Source of the DNA: Cercozoa sp. M6MM | Lineage: Eukaryota > Protista > Endomyxa: Ascetosporea | NCBI GenBank assembly: GCA_040357565.1 | Contig: JBDODJ010000032.1 | Length of the DNA: 64,000 bases | Direction: 5' to 3' (one strand) | Part shown: piece after piece, positions 35,932 through 49,016 of the stretch | Layout: the number at the start of each line of letters is the position of its first letter | Position numbering within the stretch: the first letter of the stretch is position 1 | Notes under the pieces: generated by a model | Told to the model about the DNA's origin: nothing | The model's input: only the letters and a program-made list of their open reading frames with translations | Database searches by the model: none | Position numbers and translations under genes: made by a program

Positions 35932-38900
35932 ATGCAGCGTGGTTTGCGCTCGTTTAATTCCGTCTACGATGTGGTATATCTTTCGCGATCACAATAATCT
36001 CGCGCGGGGTTTTGCGCGACTGGCCTGGTGCATTTGTACTGTAGGTTGTCGTCGGTGGTGGTCATGCGGGATGTGAGGCTGCCGCAGCAGCGCGGCGTGT
36101 AAATCCGTCCGCGCGGACGGTGTTGCTGACGCATAAATACGAGTCGGTGGGAGCAATGTCGTGCAACCCTGCGTTTGGAGGCGTCGGCAAGGGCACGCTC
36201 GTGAAGGAAGTTGACGCTTTGGGCGGTCTCATGGGACACTGTGCCGATCTCAGCGGCATCTCGTGGAAAATGCTCAATCTGCGGAAAGGACCGGCTGTGT
36301 GGTATAGACACTTTTTTGATTCCGTTTGGTGTCGCCAGCCAGGGTTATGGTAGGGGACCTCGGTGCCAAGCGGATCGACACAAGTACCGTCAGAACATGC
36401 AGCAACTGTTGCGAGACAACGACATCTCAATCGAGGAAGCTGATGTCGTTGATCTTATTGTCCAAGACGGCAGGGTACTCTTTTCTTTTTGCCTGATCTA
36501 TTTTTCTGTACCTCTTCCGCAGGTACAAGGGGTTCAGTGCGCTGATCGCACGCTTTTGGCACGCAACGTTGTACTATGTACCGGCACGTTTTTGGGGTAA
36601 AGCACAGTAACCATTTTCTGCTCGTCGGTGTGTGTTTAGACTGTGATGATTGCTGAGTTTTGTTTTCGTCAGCGGTGTGCTTCACTTTGGACCGGAGAAA
36701 GCAGTGCTCGGCGGACGGTGAGTTTGAGCTTTATGAGGGGAACTGCTGATATAACGTGAAAGCGCTCCACAGATATGGCGAACCAGCAGCCAGTGATCTT
36801 GCGAAAACGCTGGGTGACAAGCTGAGTCTGCGCATGTCTCGACTCTCCACGGCAACGCCACCGAGGTTTAATACTTCTAGGTCTGTTTGCCTTCGTTTAA
36901 GTCAAGCTTTGGGCAGGTTAAAGTCGAGCACGATCGATTGGGACAAATGCGAAAAAGAAGAACTGCAAACTGATCAGAAATTCCGCTTCTCGTTCGATAA
37001 TGCCGGCTTTGTCCCGCAGTCGCCGTATCTTTCGCTTTCAGTCAAACAAGCATGATTTATGATGTTTGGAGGCAGTGTGGCGCCTTACATCACTCACACG
37101 ACCGAGGAAACTCATGAAGTCATCCGACAGCACGCCGATCAGTTGCCTGGTTTGTTCGTCCATTCTCAACAAAATTTGGTCTGCAAAGTAGCGTTACCCT
37201 GTCTGTGCAGACATCTACGAGACTGGCACAGGACCACGGTACTGCCCGTCGTTAGAAAAGAAAGTGCTGCGCTTTCCGCACAAGCTGTCACACATGGTAT
37301 CTGACCCTGTCACTCGATTTATTGTATTTTCTAGTTTTGCTTTGACCCACAGATCTGGCTCGAGCCCGAATTGCACGATGATAGTACCTACCCTAGTGGT
37401 CTGTCCACTGGCTTCTCTGAGGAGATCCAGAAGCTACTGCTGGCTACAGTTCGTACTATTTGCATTTGGGGTTTTGTGTTGTGTGTGTTGGTCATTTTGA
37501 GTTTTCTGTTGTTGGGTTCGTTTTCATTGTGAGTGGTTTCGTTTTCATTGTGAGTGGTTTCGTTAGCTGGATTGGAGAACGCCGAAATTGTGCAGCCTGG
37601 CTACGCTGTTGAGTATGACTTTGGTAGCCTCGTTTTTTGTGGCCTTCTGTATGAGTGCAGTGTGTTGTATTTTAAACTTCGCAGTGGACCCGCGGCAGTT
37701 GGACCGGAGTCTCCAAGTCTCCTCAGTTCCAGGACTGTACCTGGCCGGTCAGATCAATGGCACTACAGGGTCTTTTTTCCTTTTGCATGTCTAGATATTG
37801 TATCAATAATATCCATCAATATATTAGGTATATATAAATATATGTCTATATAGATGTACTCTCTACTTCTGATTGATTGAATGAATGAATGAATGAAACT
37901 GCAGCTACGAAGAAGCAGCGGCACAAGGCGTGATCGCGGGCACAAATGCCGCGTTGGACGAACACACGAAACTGACGCTGGGTCGACACGAAGCGCTGAC
38001 TGGTGTGATGATTGACGACCTTGTCACTCACGGAGCAGTCGAGCCGTATCGCATGTTCCCATCGAGGGCAGAATACCGCCTGTTTCGTACCTTTGAAAGC
38101 TATACTAATTTGTCTCAGTCTTGTATCGTGTGTGTTGATATGATAGTTCGGCCGGACAATGCGGACGAGCGTTTGACACCGGTGGGAGTTCAACATGGCC
38201 TCGTCAGTGACGACAGTTCGCGCGCAGAGCTGCTGCGTCAGAAACAAAACCGAATTCAGCACTTTCTGCACACGCTCGATCTTGCGAAAGCCGATGCCAA
38301 GGTACACATGTTCTTTGCCTTTCTGTTGTATGATTTCAACTGTCCCCATTATAAGCAGGCGTGGCGTGAATTCGGTTGTCAAATTTCCGCTTCTCGAACT
38401 GGTCCCGTTTCAGGTACATTGTCTCTGTCGTAATCCTCAGTCGTACTGCTGACTGTGCTGTTTTTTTGCAACAACTGAACGCAGCCGCAGAGGCGGTGCG
38501 AGCCAACATGTCGCTGCAGCTGCTGTACACTTGTCTGCCTCGTTTGCGACAGGTAACTTTTTGTTCTACACCTCACAACTATTGCCAAAGTTAGTGTTGT
38601 GTTCATATAAAATATGTATTATATATATATATATATATAATTATACAGATATATGTATATAGATATATAATTCTAGCCTATGTGTGTGCAGTTGCTGGAC
38701 GCGGGCGAGTCGCTGGAAACAGTCGTTGACATTGCCGAGGACCTCAAGCAACCCGGCTCTGACGTCAGCGCGGAAGTCACTCTCGAAACTGACAGTGTGC
38801 TCCACGCGGTGCAGTTCCAGTTGCGTCACGACTCGGTGCTCCAGCGGCAGCAGGAAGAAATCCGTCTTGTGGCAGGTACACAGTTTCGTCCGTTTGTACG

Positions 38901-39203
38901 GTACACCTGGGACAAAAGTCCACTCTGTACAGAGAGCGAACGGCTCGTACTACCGCCCTCCGAGGAGGTATATCAAACGCTGCAAGCACCTGCCGACGAT
39001 CTCGACACGATCAGGCAGCACTCGCCGCGCACTGTGGTAGCCCTGCATTCTGTCCTTCCTTGTCTCTGGACGGGAGGGGGGAGAACCCACTATTATGAGA
39101 GAGTCCTGCTGCTCTGTAGGGTGACGCTGCGCGACTCAACCTGCGTGCCAGCACTGTGGCAGCACTCACCTACCTGGCCAGGCGTCACTCCTCACCAGTC
39201 TGA
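35932..39203 (+). CDS. MTO1: tRNA uridine 5-carboxymethylaminomethyl modification enzyme MTO1/MnmG (GidA)
   Basis: [76 protein letters not shown] and [14 protein letters not shown]; more than 15 GT-AG introns. Confidence 0.96.
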
Positions 39204-39462
39204 TCATCTGAAAACTAGCTAATAACTCCCTGCAGCACATCCCAAGCGTTATCCGGATGGCTGACGCACTAGAACTCGTTCTTTCGTCGAGATCAATCGT
39301 GATGTTTGTTCTCGACTGCCGAGATCAGGATGATCAGTTTGCGTATTTTTAAGGGGGACAGCCAAAGTGCGAGACGCGCGGAAACTCGAATCCGGACACT
39401 CCTAAGTAACTTACTATTGGCGTGTGGCGAGAAAAACGTCAAAATCGCCCCAACGGTGCGAA

Positions 39463-40764
39463 ATGGACCCGTTTGGTGTTGTTTTGTTGAACTCTTTTTG
39501 TGTGCCTGGGCAGTTGCAGATGTGGCAGCAACGCGTAGCACTGCCGGAGAATGCACAGCAACGCTTGGACCGTGCAGTGCGGTGTGCGATGGGCGACTGC
39601 GAGGAGTCACGAGCTGAGAATGAGGTAGCCTCAGTTCTCTCATTTTCCCCAGGCGCGAAAACAGTCATTCCATTTCCCTTGTTTGCTTCAACAGGAAGCC
39701 TCGCCGATGCAGGCGATGGAACGTCTGCGCGAGACCTTTCATGAGGCAGAGATTCTGGAGTGGCTTGAGTGCGTTCAGATTTTGGCCTGTCGGTGTGAGT
39801 CGTTTTAACTCGTGTTTTTCCTGTGGGCAGGAATGTGCGCAAACTCGTGGTGCGACAGTTGGCGCGCGATGACTCAAAATTGTGCAAGTTCTTCCGAACG
39901 CCGTGTTGCGACGATGGCACGGTAGGTTTGACTCCAGTTTATTGAAAGTTAACTAAATTTCTCGTTCTGACTGTGTGTTTTGAGCAGCGTTCATTCGTGC
40001 GTGTGATGCTGCGACACCAACCGAACGAGTACGCTCTGCTGGCGCTGATCTGGCCGCCGCAGATGGTGTCGTCACTGCACGGACACGACAAGGGTGAGTG
40101 CTTCTTCCGCGTGCTGCAGGGACAGATCGAAGAGCGCCAGTTTGCTGTACGAATCTAAAAATCCACAAAGTCATTGAACAAATCTTGAATTTACGGCTGT
40201 GTTTCGACTCAGGTTGACTACGATGTGGTTCGTGATGCCCACGATCACCCACCGCGCGGTGTTCCCAAGGTATTCTTGCTTTTGATTCGATCAAAGGATT
40301 ATTCATTTCTGTATTTTCCGCAGCTGGTGAAAACGACTTCGATGACCGCGCCCTGTGAGACGGTACCTGAGGACGCTGTTTTTTGTGTTCACAGTGTTCC
40401 AAATGCTGTTTGTACAGGTTGGCAACATCAGCGACCGCGCCCGCGTGTTTCATCGGATTGCCAACACTTGCGACAGCACCCACGCCGTCACGCTGCATCT
40501 TTATGCTGGTGCGTTTTTCCCGCGTGCATAATATTAAAACCTTTGATCTCATGTGTCGGACAGGTGCTTGGGACAATGCCTGGGTCTACTGTGAGCGTCG
40601 AGGGAAGTGGTGTCTCTATCAGGTGCATTTCCTTTTTTCTGCGTTATTTTTTGCAGTTGAAGCTCTTTTGTGCTGTCTAGGTGTGCGGTGACATGCCAAT
40701 CGACATGCTCGCTGTCGACCAGGACGCGCATTGTAGCAGCAGCAGCAACGCGTCGGATGCTTGA
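39463..40764 (+). CDS. CDO1: Cysteine dioxygenase type I
   Basis: LIWPPQMVSSLHGHDKGECFFRVLQGQIEERQF (His-His and Cys), VFHRIAN, AVTLHLYA (His, Tyr). Start approximate. Confidence 0.85.
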
Positions 40765-40929
40765 ATTTCTCAGCGCCAGTAGCGTAATGACCAACGCAAA
40801 CTATTTTTACTGCGCTATCAGGGAACTATATAGTTGGTTTCCAAGAAGCAAGACTCAACTCACTAACGTAACTTCAGTCCCGAAATGTGAATGCGAACGT
40901 GGCGCTGTTCCATTCTTCCGTGTGGCTGG

Positions 40930-41532
40930 CCCCGATAACCAGGGCAGCGTAATAACCGTCGCGTGTGCGATGTTAGTTAGTAGTTCAGTTAAGTCTTCTA
41001 GGCCAACGACGTAGTTCCCCTGCACCAGTCCGGGGTGGGTCGCAAGAGCATGGCCGTGTCTACCGCCCGCTTAGGGTACCGGTAGGACCATACAATTCCC
41101 CTTTTGCCGTTCCCCAGACACCGAAGTCGACTTCATGGTTGGTGCTAGTGGGTGTAATTTCCGTATCTACGCAAATATGACTGGCAATGACGCAAGCCTT
41201 GAGAAGCTTTTTGCAGCTGGACTCAAAGAAGGGCTCTCTCGACCAGGTAATCTGATCTCTCCAGGACCAGTTGTCTCCGCTTCTACCGTACCCGTCCTGT
41301 GCCTTTACTTTAAAACTACTTCACGCCAACTCACTCTTTCAAACTGACACTTGGCCGCTCTTCCTCCATGAACAGACTTTCTTATGTTCCTCAGTTATTT
41401 TTGTACCACTGGCAACGAAAGACCAACTAAGGCCTGATCCTTATCTGAGAGGGCAGCGGTAACAAATTACGTCAAAATTCTGCCAAATGACGGTAAATAC
41501 GCTGCGTAATTACGCTACCCTGATTCTCGGGG
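40930..41532. mobile_element. Non-autonomous TIR element with CCCC...GGGG ends and 3-bp TSD
   Basis: Left ccccgataaccagggcagcgtaat; right end reverse-complements to ccccgagaatcagggtagcgtaat (21/24 match). TGG flanks both ends (40927-40929 and 41533-41535). Confidence 0.75.
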
Positions 41533-41542
41533 TGGGTTGAGG

Positions 41543-42227
41543 CTACTGGTCAGCACCGAAGGTCTCCTCGCCCGCGTAGACCACGTAGAGGAAGCCATCT
41601 TCATCCTTCTCTCTCTGCAGAAGCACAAACACAGGAAGCGTCCAACACAGTCAAAAGCAAGAGCTAGCGTACCTCGTAGACGTCGCTCATGAGGTGCGAG
41701 GTCGGCTTGATACCGCCGCTGATGTAGAGGAAGATCGCCGTCTCGGGCGACAGCTTGATGCACTTGCGAATGTACTGCTTGAACATGCCGATCGTGAGAT
41801 CACCTGGCACCAGGTACTTCTTCTTCTGCAGCTCCGGGATGTGCGTCGACCTTGGGTGCCGCTCGCAGATCACCGGCACACGCCTGCAACACAACGTAAT
41901 CGATTGATGCAATGTCTCCGAGATGCACAAAAGGCCTACTTCGGGAACTTGCTGCGGATGCGACCGGACTCCTCTTTTCGCTCATCTGACGACAAAACAC
42001 AAAATTAAAGACGGGCACAAACAAGCGCGAAGCGCGAAAACGCGAAAACTCAGACAATGCGAAGAAAAATCATTTTCGCCACTTTGGGCCAACTTAAAGA
42101 ATAGGCTCACCTAACGTCTTCTCAGTTTTGTAGACTACAAGCAGCATGGTAAGTATGCGTATGGACTCGGAAAACTGAACGATTGGAAGCAATCATGGGG
42201 AAAGCGCAACGCACCACTGGCGACCAT
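41543..42227 (-). CDS. ATG8: Autophagy ubiquitin-like protein ATG8
   Basis: [35 protein letters not shown]...[11 protein letters not shown]...[21 protein letters not shown]; four GT-AG introns. Confidence 0.97.
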
Positions 42228-42568
42228 TGCTGTCTTAACTAGGCTTAGTGCAAACTTGTGATGCTACTCTAGACCCAAAAACGCACTTTCTCAGGTTTTT
42301 GCTCTGTTGGATTTGGCTACAATGTCTAAAACCCGGACAAATACGCGCAAAGATTAAACAAAATCTGACATAAACTGCACGAACCGCGCGTGCGAGTGTC
42401 GCGAGTGTCACCTCGTTGTTATTTGATCCCTGCGAGGCAGCTGGCGGAGCTCCGCGTGTTGATTTCGTAGGTACGTCAGTTGACTTTCGATGGAATCAAA
42501 AACCAAAAAGATCCTTGTGTTTTCGAAGGTTTCCCGGGCGCAAGAAAACTCCGGAAAGACAAGGAATA

Positions 42569-43858
42569 ATGTCTCGACCGGAAGATGACGCTGCGAAGCT
42601 GCACGTCGTCCGTACCACCGAGAAGGTGCTTGCCGAAATACGTCTGATTTATATTCAAAATCCAATTGTTTTTCCCAGACGATCGAGGACGCGACGCCGT
42701 ACGAGGTCGTCGAGAGTGAGGATGGCGTACCCTGGCGTTTATCTCTTGTGTTGACGAGAGAGTTTCTTGATTAAATGAAACCACACACAGGTTGCTCGTC
42801 GTGCTGATGGCGTGAGCGAGCTGCAGACGATGTGCATGGCCTGCGGTGGCCAGGGCACGACCCGCATGCTGCTGACGACGGTTCCTTTCTTCCGTGACGG
42901 TAGTTTATTTCCTCAGTTTCGCGTAAACGATTTGAATGGAGCACTGCGATCATTCTGCAGTGGTCTTAATGTCGTTCCGCTGTCCCAACTGCGGCCACCG
43001 AGCTACCGAGGTCGACAACACCTCTGGCCTCGCCGAAAAAGTTTGTTTCGACTGCTTCTCTGCGTTCTGGCACGTTTATGTTTGTATTTTTAACACAGGG
43101 TGTGCAACACACGGTTGTGGTCAAGGCGGAAGGCGATCTCAACCGTAGCCTCAATTCACTCAATTCACTCAAAATCTGAGCAACTTAAGACTTTCTCGTT
43201 GTGTTTCTCGTGCAGGAGCGGTTGTGAAGAGCACTTACGCTTCCATTCGCATCCCTGAGATCGATTTTGAGATCCCGTCGCAGACCCAGGTAGTTTCCGC
43301 GCGGAAGTGCTCGAAGCGATCATAAGTGCTGTTCCGTGAGCAGAAGGGTCAAATCAGCACGGTCGAAGGTTTCATCATGAAGGTAAACCCCATTTGCCGG
43401 ACTGAAACGTTAGAAGTAGTTGTTTAGGCTGCTGATGACCTCGAGAGTGGTCAGAGTTGGCGACGACAACAAAATGGTATTTTGATTTTTTGGGTTTGCT
43501 TTTTGTTGAAAAGCATTTTGGTATTTTGTGTCGGTTTTGGAGTTGTTGTTTGTTGTAGAGGTTGTGGCCGATCACGTGCAGCGCGTGATTGACCGGTTGC
43601 GTTGCATGCTGGCGCTGCAGGAGCAGGTGGGTCGCTTGCTGAACAAGAAAGCTGAAAGTGTTGACTGAAATTGCGGAATGTTTGTGCTGATATACAGTGG
43701 ACGTTCGTGCTGAACGATCCGTCCGGCAACAGTTTTGTGGAGAACCCGCACGCGCCGCTCAGTGACCCGAACGGTCAGGTCAAGTACTTTGCTCGTTCGC
43801 GCGCACAGCTCAAGGAGATGGGCTACCTGGCCGATGATGCTGCCGATGTGAGCTTTCG

Positions 43859-43904
<46 letters not shown>

Positions 43905-45578
43905 GCTCTCTCGTTTAACATCGTTTTGCAGGAGGAGGAGCCTAAGGCAGGTACACGGCTGCCCGAGACGAGCCAGGCGGTACCAGTGATCAGTCAGGTT
44001 GTTTTTATACAGTGCATGTGCGATGTTTGTGCTGCAGGTGGCTGCTGCCAAGGTCGAAAAGTCCGTGATGAAGGCTGTCGAGTCCATGTAAACTTCTTGC
44101 TTGTTTGACTTGCTTTTTACCACCTCCCTTGGTACTCAGGATGCAATCGACGGAGCAGCAGGAAGTGTTGCGAATGTCGAGTCCGTGCTACGCGTGTCCC
44201 AACGTACTCAAACCCTCCTCCTCTGATCGGCTTTTTCTTATGTTAAACTGGTACGTTTTTGGAAAATACAGGAGGCCGACACGCTCATGTGCTTTGTGAA
44301 CATCCCGAATTTCAAGGATCTCATCATCATGAACACGCAATGCTCGCACTGCGGCGCACGTGATGTTGAGGTGCCCTTGACCCTTATCCCTTGCTCCTTG
44401 ACCCTTGACTTGACCCTTACCCAGGTCAAGCCGAGTGGCGCCATCTCGCGAAACGCGCGGCGTATCACGCTGCGTGTCGAGAGTGTTGAGGGTACTTTCC
44501 AGTGGTTTTGACATAGCAGTGTGGGATGGCAGATGTGTGGCCATGTGGGGCAGACCTGTCGCGCGATGTGCTCAAGTCAGACTCGTCGGCTGTACTGCCT
44601 CTCCTCTCGTGTTGTGTTGTTGTCTGTGAAAGCATGTGCATTGTGTCGACACACTCACACAGGTGCTGATCCCGGAACTCGAACTCGAACTGGTCTACGG
44701 CACGCTGGGTACTTGAACTTTTAATGCTGTAGGAAAGGGACAGAGTTCACGGGTGGTCTCTGGGTAGGTGGCAAGTACACCACCGTCGAGGGTCTGCTTG
44801 ACGCGATTCGCGAGCAGCTGGTAGCTTGCATGTATTCTCATATATTATCGATGTATTATACATATACAGATGTAGTATTATATCTGTTTTGTAGGCCGGT
44901 GCGACGTTCGCGATGGGCGACTCGGCCACGTCGGACAAGGCGATTCGTTTCAACGAGGTGTCTTTTCTGTTGCTCTCTCTGTGTCTGGCCGTGCTTGATG
45001 GTTCCAACCCCCCCCCCCCCCCTGTGCTTGATAGTTCATGGCCAAGTTCGATAAACTGGCGTCCTGTGAGGTACAGGTGGTCTTTGTTGTTGTCCACAGA
45101 TGCATGTGTGGTGCTTGTTGGCAGGAGCCGTGGCACCTGGTGATTAACGACCCGCTGAGCAACAGTTTCGTGCGCAACCCGCACGCGCCGGCGGCCGATC
45201 CACAGCTCACTATCGAGGTAGTCCTATGCACCTTTGCACATGTGTACAGCTATAAATAATATAGCACGTGTGTGTACTTGCACTGGACAGGACTACCCGC
45301 GCACGGCCGAGCAGAACGAGGAGTTCGGTCTGACGGACATGCGCACCGAGCACTACGGACAGGACGGACAGGAGTCGCGTCCTGACATCGAGACCGAGGC
45401 CATGGCCGAGTTGACGCAGCCCGACGCCGAGTGGCAGCCGCGACACCTTGATGACACGGTAGATCCCTGCCCTGCCCCTGTCTCATTGCTTTTGTCGATA
45501 CTAACACCATACCCATTGATTGAGTAGGCCAAGATGCACGGCCGCTTCATCAAGGAGGACGACGAGCAGCAGCAATAG
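42569..45578 (+). CDS. ZPR1: Zinc finger protein ZPR1
   Basis: Two ZPR1 modules: CMAC...TTRMLLTTVPFFRD...CPNCG, STVEGFI, DPSGNSFVENP; and CYAC...IPNFKD...CSHCG, GKYTTVEGLL, RTAEQNEEFGLTDM. About 22 introns. Confidence 0.96.
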
Positions 45579-45681
45579 CACTGACGCGATCGATTCGAAT
45601 TCGCGCGTTTCAGTTGCGATGTGTCGTCTCTAGCAAATTTAGATCTAGTCTGTCCGTTCCGTCCGTTCTGATGAACGTTAA

Positions 45682-45892
45682 CAGGTATGCCGGGGTTTTT
45701 GCCTCGCAAAACCGAACACCCAAAAATACTGCCCTCGAACTGCTTTATTAGATGCTAATCAGGTCCTCATTCTGGGCATTGGGGCCTTACGGGGGCCTGG
45801 TACTTATAAGAAAAGCCCTCTCATTTGTGCCTTTCCCGGCCGATACCAATGGCATTTTTATAGATTCTGGCCACGAAAAACGCCGCCATACC
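45682..45892. mobile_element. Degenerate TIR element, same family as 14278-14622
   Basis: ggtatgccggggttttt at the left; the right end reverse-complements to ggtatggcggcgttttt. Subterminal accgaacacccaaaaatac...tgctttattagatg matches the other copy. Confidence 0.55.
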
Positions 45893-45962
45893 CCACGTAT
45901 CTAATATTAAACCTCAACGGTCGCGTTAACGTTTCAATTCAGGCACTTCCGTTCGTTCACGA

Positions 45963-47167
45963 TCAGTCCTGGTCGGGTTCCCGAGCGTCGCGCTCGTCCT
46001 GCTCCTCCTTTTGTTGCCTGCGATCGTGCTCACTCATTACTGCGTGCGATACAAGACACTGCAAGAGAGACACGCATGTACCGGATCCGCTTGAGTTGCT
46101 CGATGCGCGCGGACACCTCGGGATCGTCGCTGTCGCTGCTATTGTCACTGTCGCTGTACCACACAAAAATAATATACATATATATATATATATATGTATA
46201 TATATAAATATATATATACATGTAAAAAAACATGTAAAAAAACAAAGAAATAAACAGATCATACGAATCAGAGCCTTCAAACTGTTCGCGCCAACCCTTG
46301 CTGAACCACCAGATCGGGCCACCTGACACACACACACACACACACACATACACCGCTTCAGTCAACAAGCAGTGCAAACCACAGAGATAAAAGGCAGACT
46401 ACCATCACCAGAAGCGCAGCTGATGCATCCTGTCTTTCGCGAGGGCACCCAATTGCCCTGCATGTAGGACTTGATCAAGAAGGACAGCACAGCACAGGAC
46501 AGGACAGGACAGGACAGGACAGGACAGGACAGAATGGAGAAGGGGAGTACCTTGGCACGCTGTCGCAGCGGCACGCGGCAGTGCGACACGGTGCCAAAGT
46601 TGGTCTTGCGGTTCACGGCCGACAGCGAGCAGAGTCGCTCGTAGCCGGGCTTGCGCCACTTGGAGATCAGCGGACCGTCGGCCACCTTGCAGCGCACCAG
46701 GTACCTGCGGAGACAACAGGGTACAACAACAACAGCAACGACAACAACAAGGAAAGTGTACTTGTAAAGCGAGGCCGACATCTCCTTGAGCACGTAGTGC
46801 TTCTCGTAGATCCACCGGTTGCGCCTGCGTTTCTCAACCAGACCGATCTTTGGAAAAAACAAAACGACACAACACGAGCGACAGAAAAACAAGTACCTCC
46901 AGTAGTGGTAGTGCACGGGCCACGTCGCTTCGTCCTTGCGACGGCCGCGATGACTCTCGTTGACAGCCTCGTTCATCTTTTGCTGCGGGTAGGTAGAATT
47001 CCAAACATATTACTTCCAAACAGGGACATTCACTGGCCAAAAATCCATAATTGGCAACAAAACACTCATGTGACACATCGACACACCTCGAGCTCGTCCA
47101 AGCCGCTCGCGAACTTCTCGAGCTCGGCCGGCACCGGCTCCTGGAGTTTCAGTCTCCACGTGGCCAT
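45963..47167 (-). CDS. BUD31: BUD31/G10 family protein, divergent Cys-poor form
   Basis: KMNEAVNESHRGRRKDEATWPV, RNRWIYE, ADGPLISKWRKPGYERLCS, TNFGTVSHCRVP and GCISCASGD. Confidence 0.9.
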
Positions 47168-47367
47168 CACTGGTTAAAGATCAGAACACGCGTGGATATG
47201 CTGACCGGTGGCGTCGTTCAATGTCTTCCGTCAGCGGAGCGCTTGTTTAGATTAAGAGTCGAAGTACGATTTGGACGAAAGCAAAAGAGCGCCGGAAAAA
47301 AAATTAAGCGGAGCTGGTCGACGAAATCTCTTTGCACAGGCGTCGAGCAGAGCAGTCCGTCGTCGCC

Positions 47368-48691
47368 ATGGTACGCCTCAATTACACAGGCAGTGTGAAC
47401 GGCGCGTGGGCTCATTCTAGGCCCGGAGTGAATGTGATAACTATGATTCGTGTATTTTGTATTCTTTGTGTGACTCGCAGAGAATCTGGAAGTGCTGGTT
47501 CTGCTCCGTAAGCTCTCTGTTGTTGTGCTGTTGGTGCTGTGTGATTTAATTGTGTGTGGGCTGTCTCAGAGCAACATCTACCCCGGCCATGGTATGATGT
47601 TCGTTCGCAATGACGGCAAACAGTTCCGCTTCTGCTCGGTATCATCAGATCAGCACTTTGGGTGTGTGTCGAGTTATCTCTCACTCATGTAGAGCAAGTG
47701 CAACCGCAATTTCAAGATGAAGCGCAACCCAAGAAAGGTGCGCTGGACCAAGTCGTACCGCCGCGCGCACGGCAAGGAACTTACCAACGTATCATCCCTC
47801 CCGAGACTGTCCTATCACTAGAGGATGTCCACTTACCCCTTACCCCGCCCCCCCCCCCCCCACTTCCCCAGGATCTGTCACTCGAGTTCGAAAAGGTGCG
47901 CAACCGTCCGGTCAAGTAAGCTGCCCTCCTTACCCCTACCCCTTACCCTTACCCCCTGCCCCTACCCTTACCCTTCCCCACCCCAGGTACTCGCGCGAAC
48001 TGATGGCCAAGACGCTGTACGCCATGAAGCGTGTGACCGAGATCCAGGTACTTTGTTGTCCCCCCTAATTGGTTGTGTAGACAGCCTTAAGTATTGGCAG
48101 TACGCCCCTTTAACTGAGCATGTATACCTACCCCATAGGACGCGCGTCGTTCGGTGCTGGCGGAGGAGCGCGACAAGGCCGCGCAGCGCAAGCACAAGGT
48201 AGCCTCTTCCCCCTGCCTGTCCATATGGGCTGTACATATGGACTGTACGTATGGACACGAGGGTACACATGGACGGTGTTGTGTGTGCAGGAGATGGCAC
48301 GCGGCGACATTCAGCGCAACCGCGATTTGGTGGTGGCGCCCGAACTCGTGCAGCGCGAACTCGAGGCCGCCGGCGTCGACACCTGTACACTCGTCCCCTT
48401 TAACAGTCCACTCGTGTCTAAATGTACTGTGTACGGGTCATATCCTGCTGTAGCCAACACGACCACTGTGGATGGCAATGGCGTCGAACGCATTGTGCCG
48501 CGACAACTCAACACCAAGCAGGTACACAATACAACATATGCCTCCAAGGACTGTGTGTGTCTTGTGTGTCTTGTGTATCTGTGTCTGTGTCTGTACAGGT
48601 CGCTCGTGCCGTGGCCGACAAGCTGCGACGAAGGATGCAGGCCACAGCCGGCGGCAGCAACGCCAGCGACAGCAGCATGCGCGACGACTGA
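47368..48691 (+). CDS. RLP24: Ribosome biogenesis protein RLP24 (RSL24D1)
   Basis: M|RIWKCWFCS|[23 protein letters not shown]|[20 protein letters not shown], and [15 protein letters not shown]. Confidence 0.95.
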
Positions 48692-49016
48692 GTCAACTTT
48701 GCGCTGCGGCGTGCGCACTCGCAACTCCCGTGCAACTTACTTTATTCGCTTCCAGAACTCAGTTACTTAGTTTGTTACTTAATTGCAAATCGGTTAACGT
48801 AATGGCGGATCTGTTGCAGAAACTGGGCCAAAACTGTTAGATACGCACCAACACCAGTCTAAGACACTCTCTGATCACAGTTCAAAGCGGCACCGTCGAC
48901 GTTAGAGAGGTTTATTTTCCAGTTCTAAATCGAACTGTGCTGCTGAAACGACATGAATCGGACGGCAATCGAATGCAGTCAGTCTCGGGTCGTTCTTTTA
49001 CGTAGCATTGACCGAG

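Noticed and set aside
21979-42227. Autophagy cluster of ATG22-like and ATG8
   Set aside because: About 16 kb apart with many unrelated genes between; likely coincidence.
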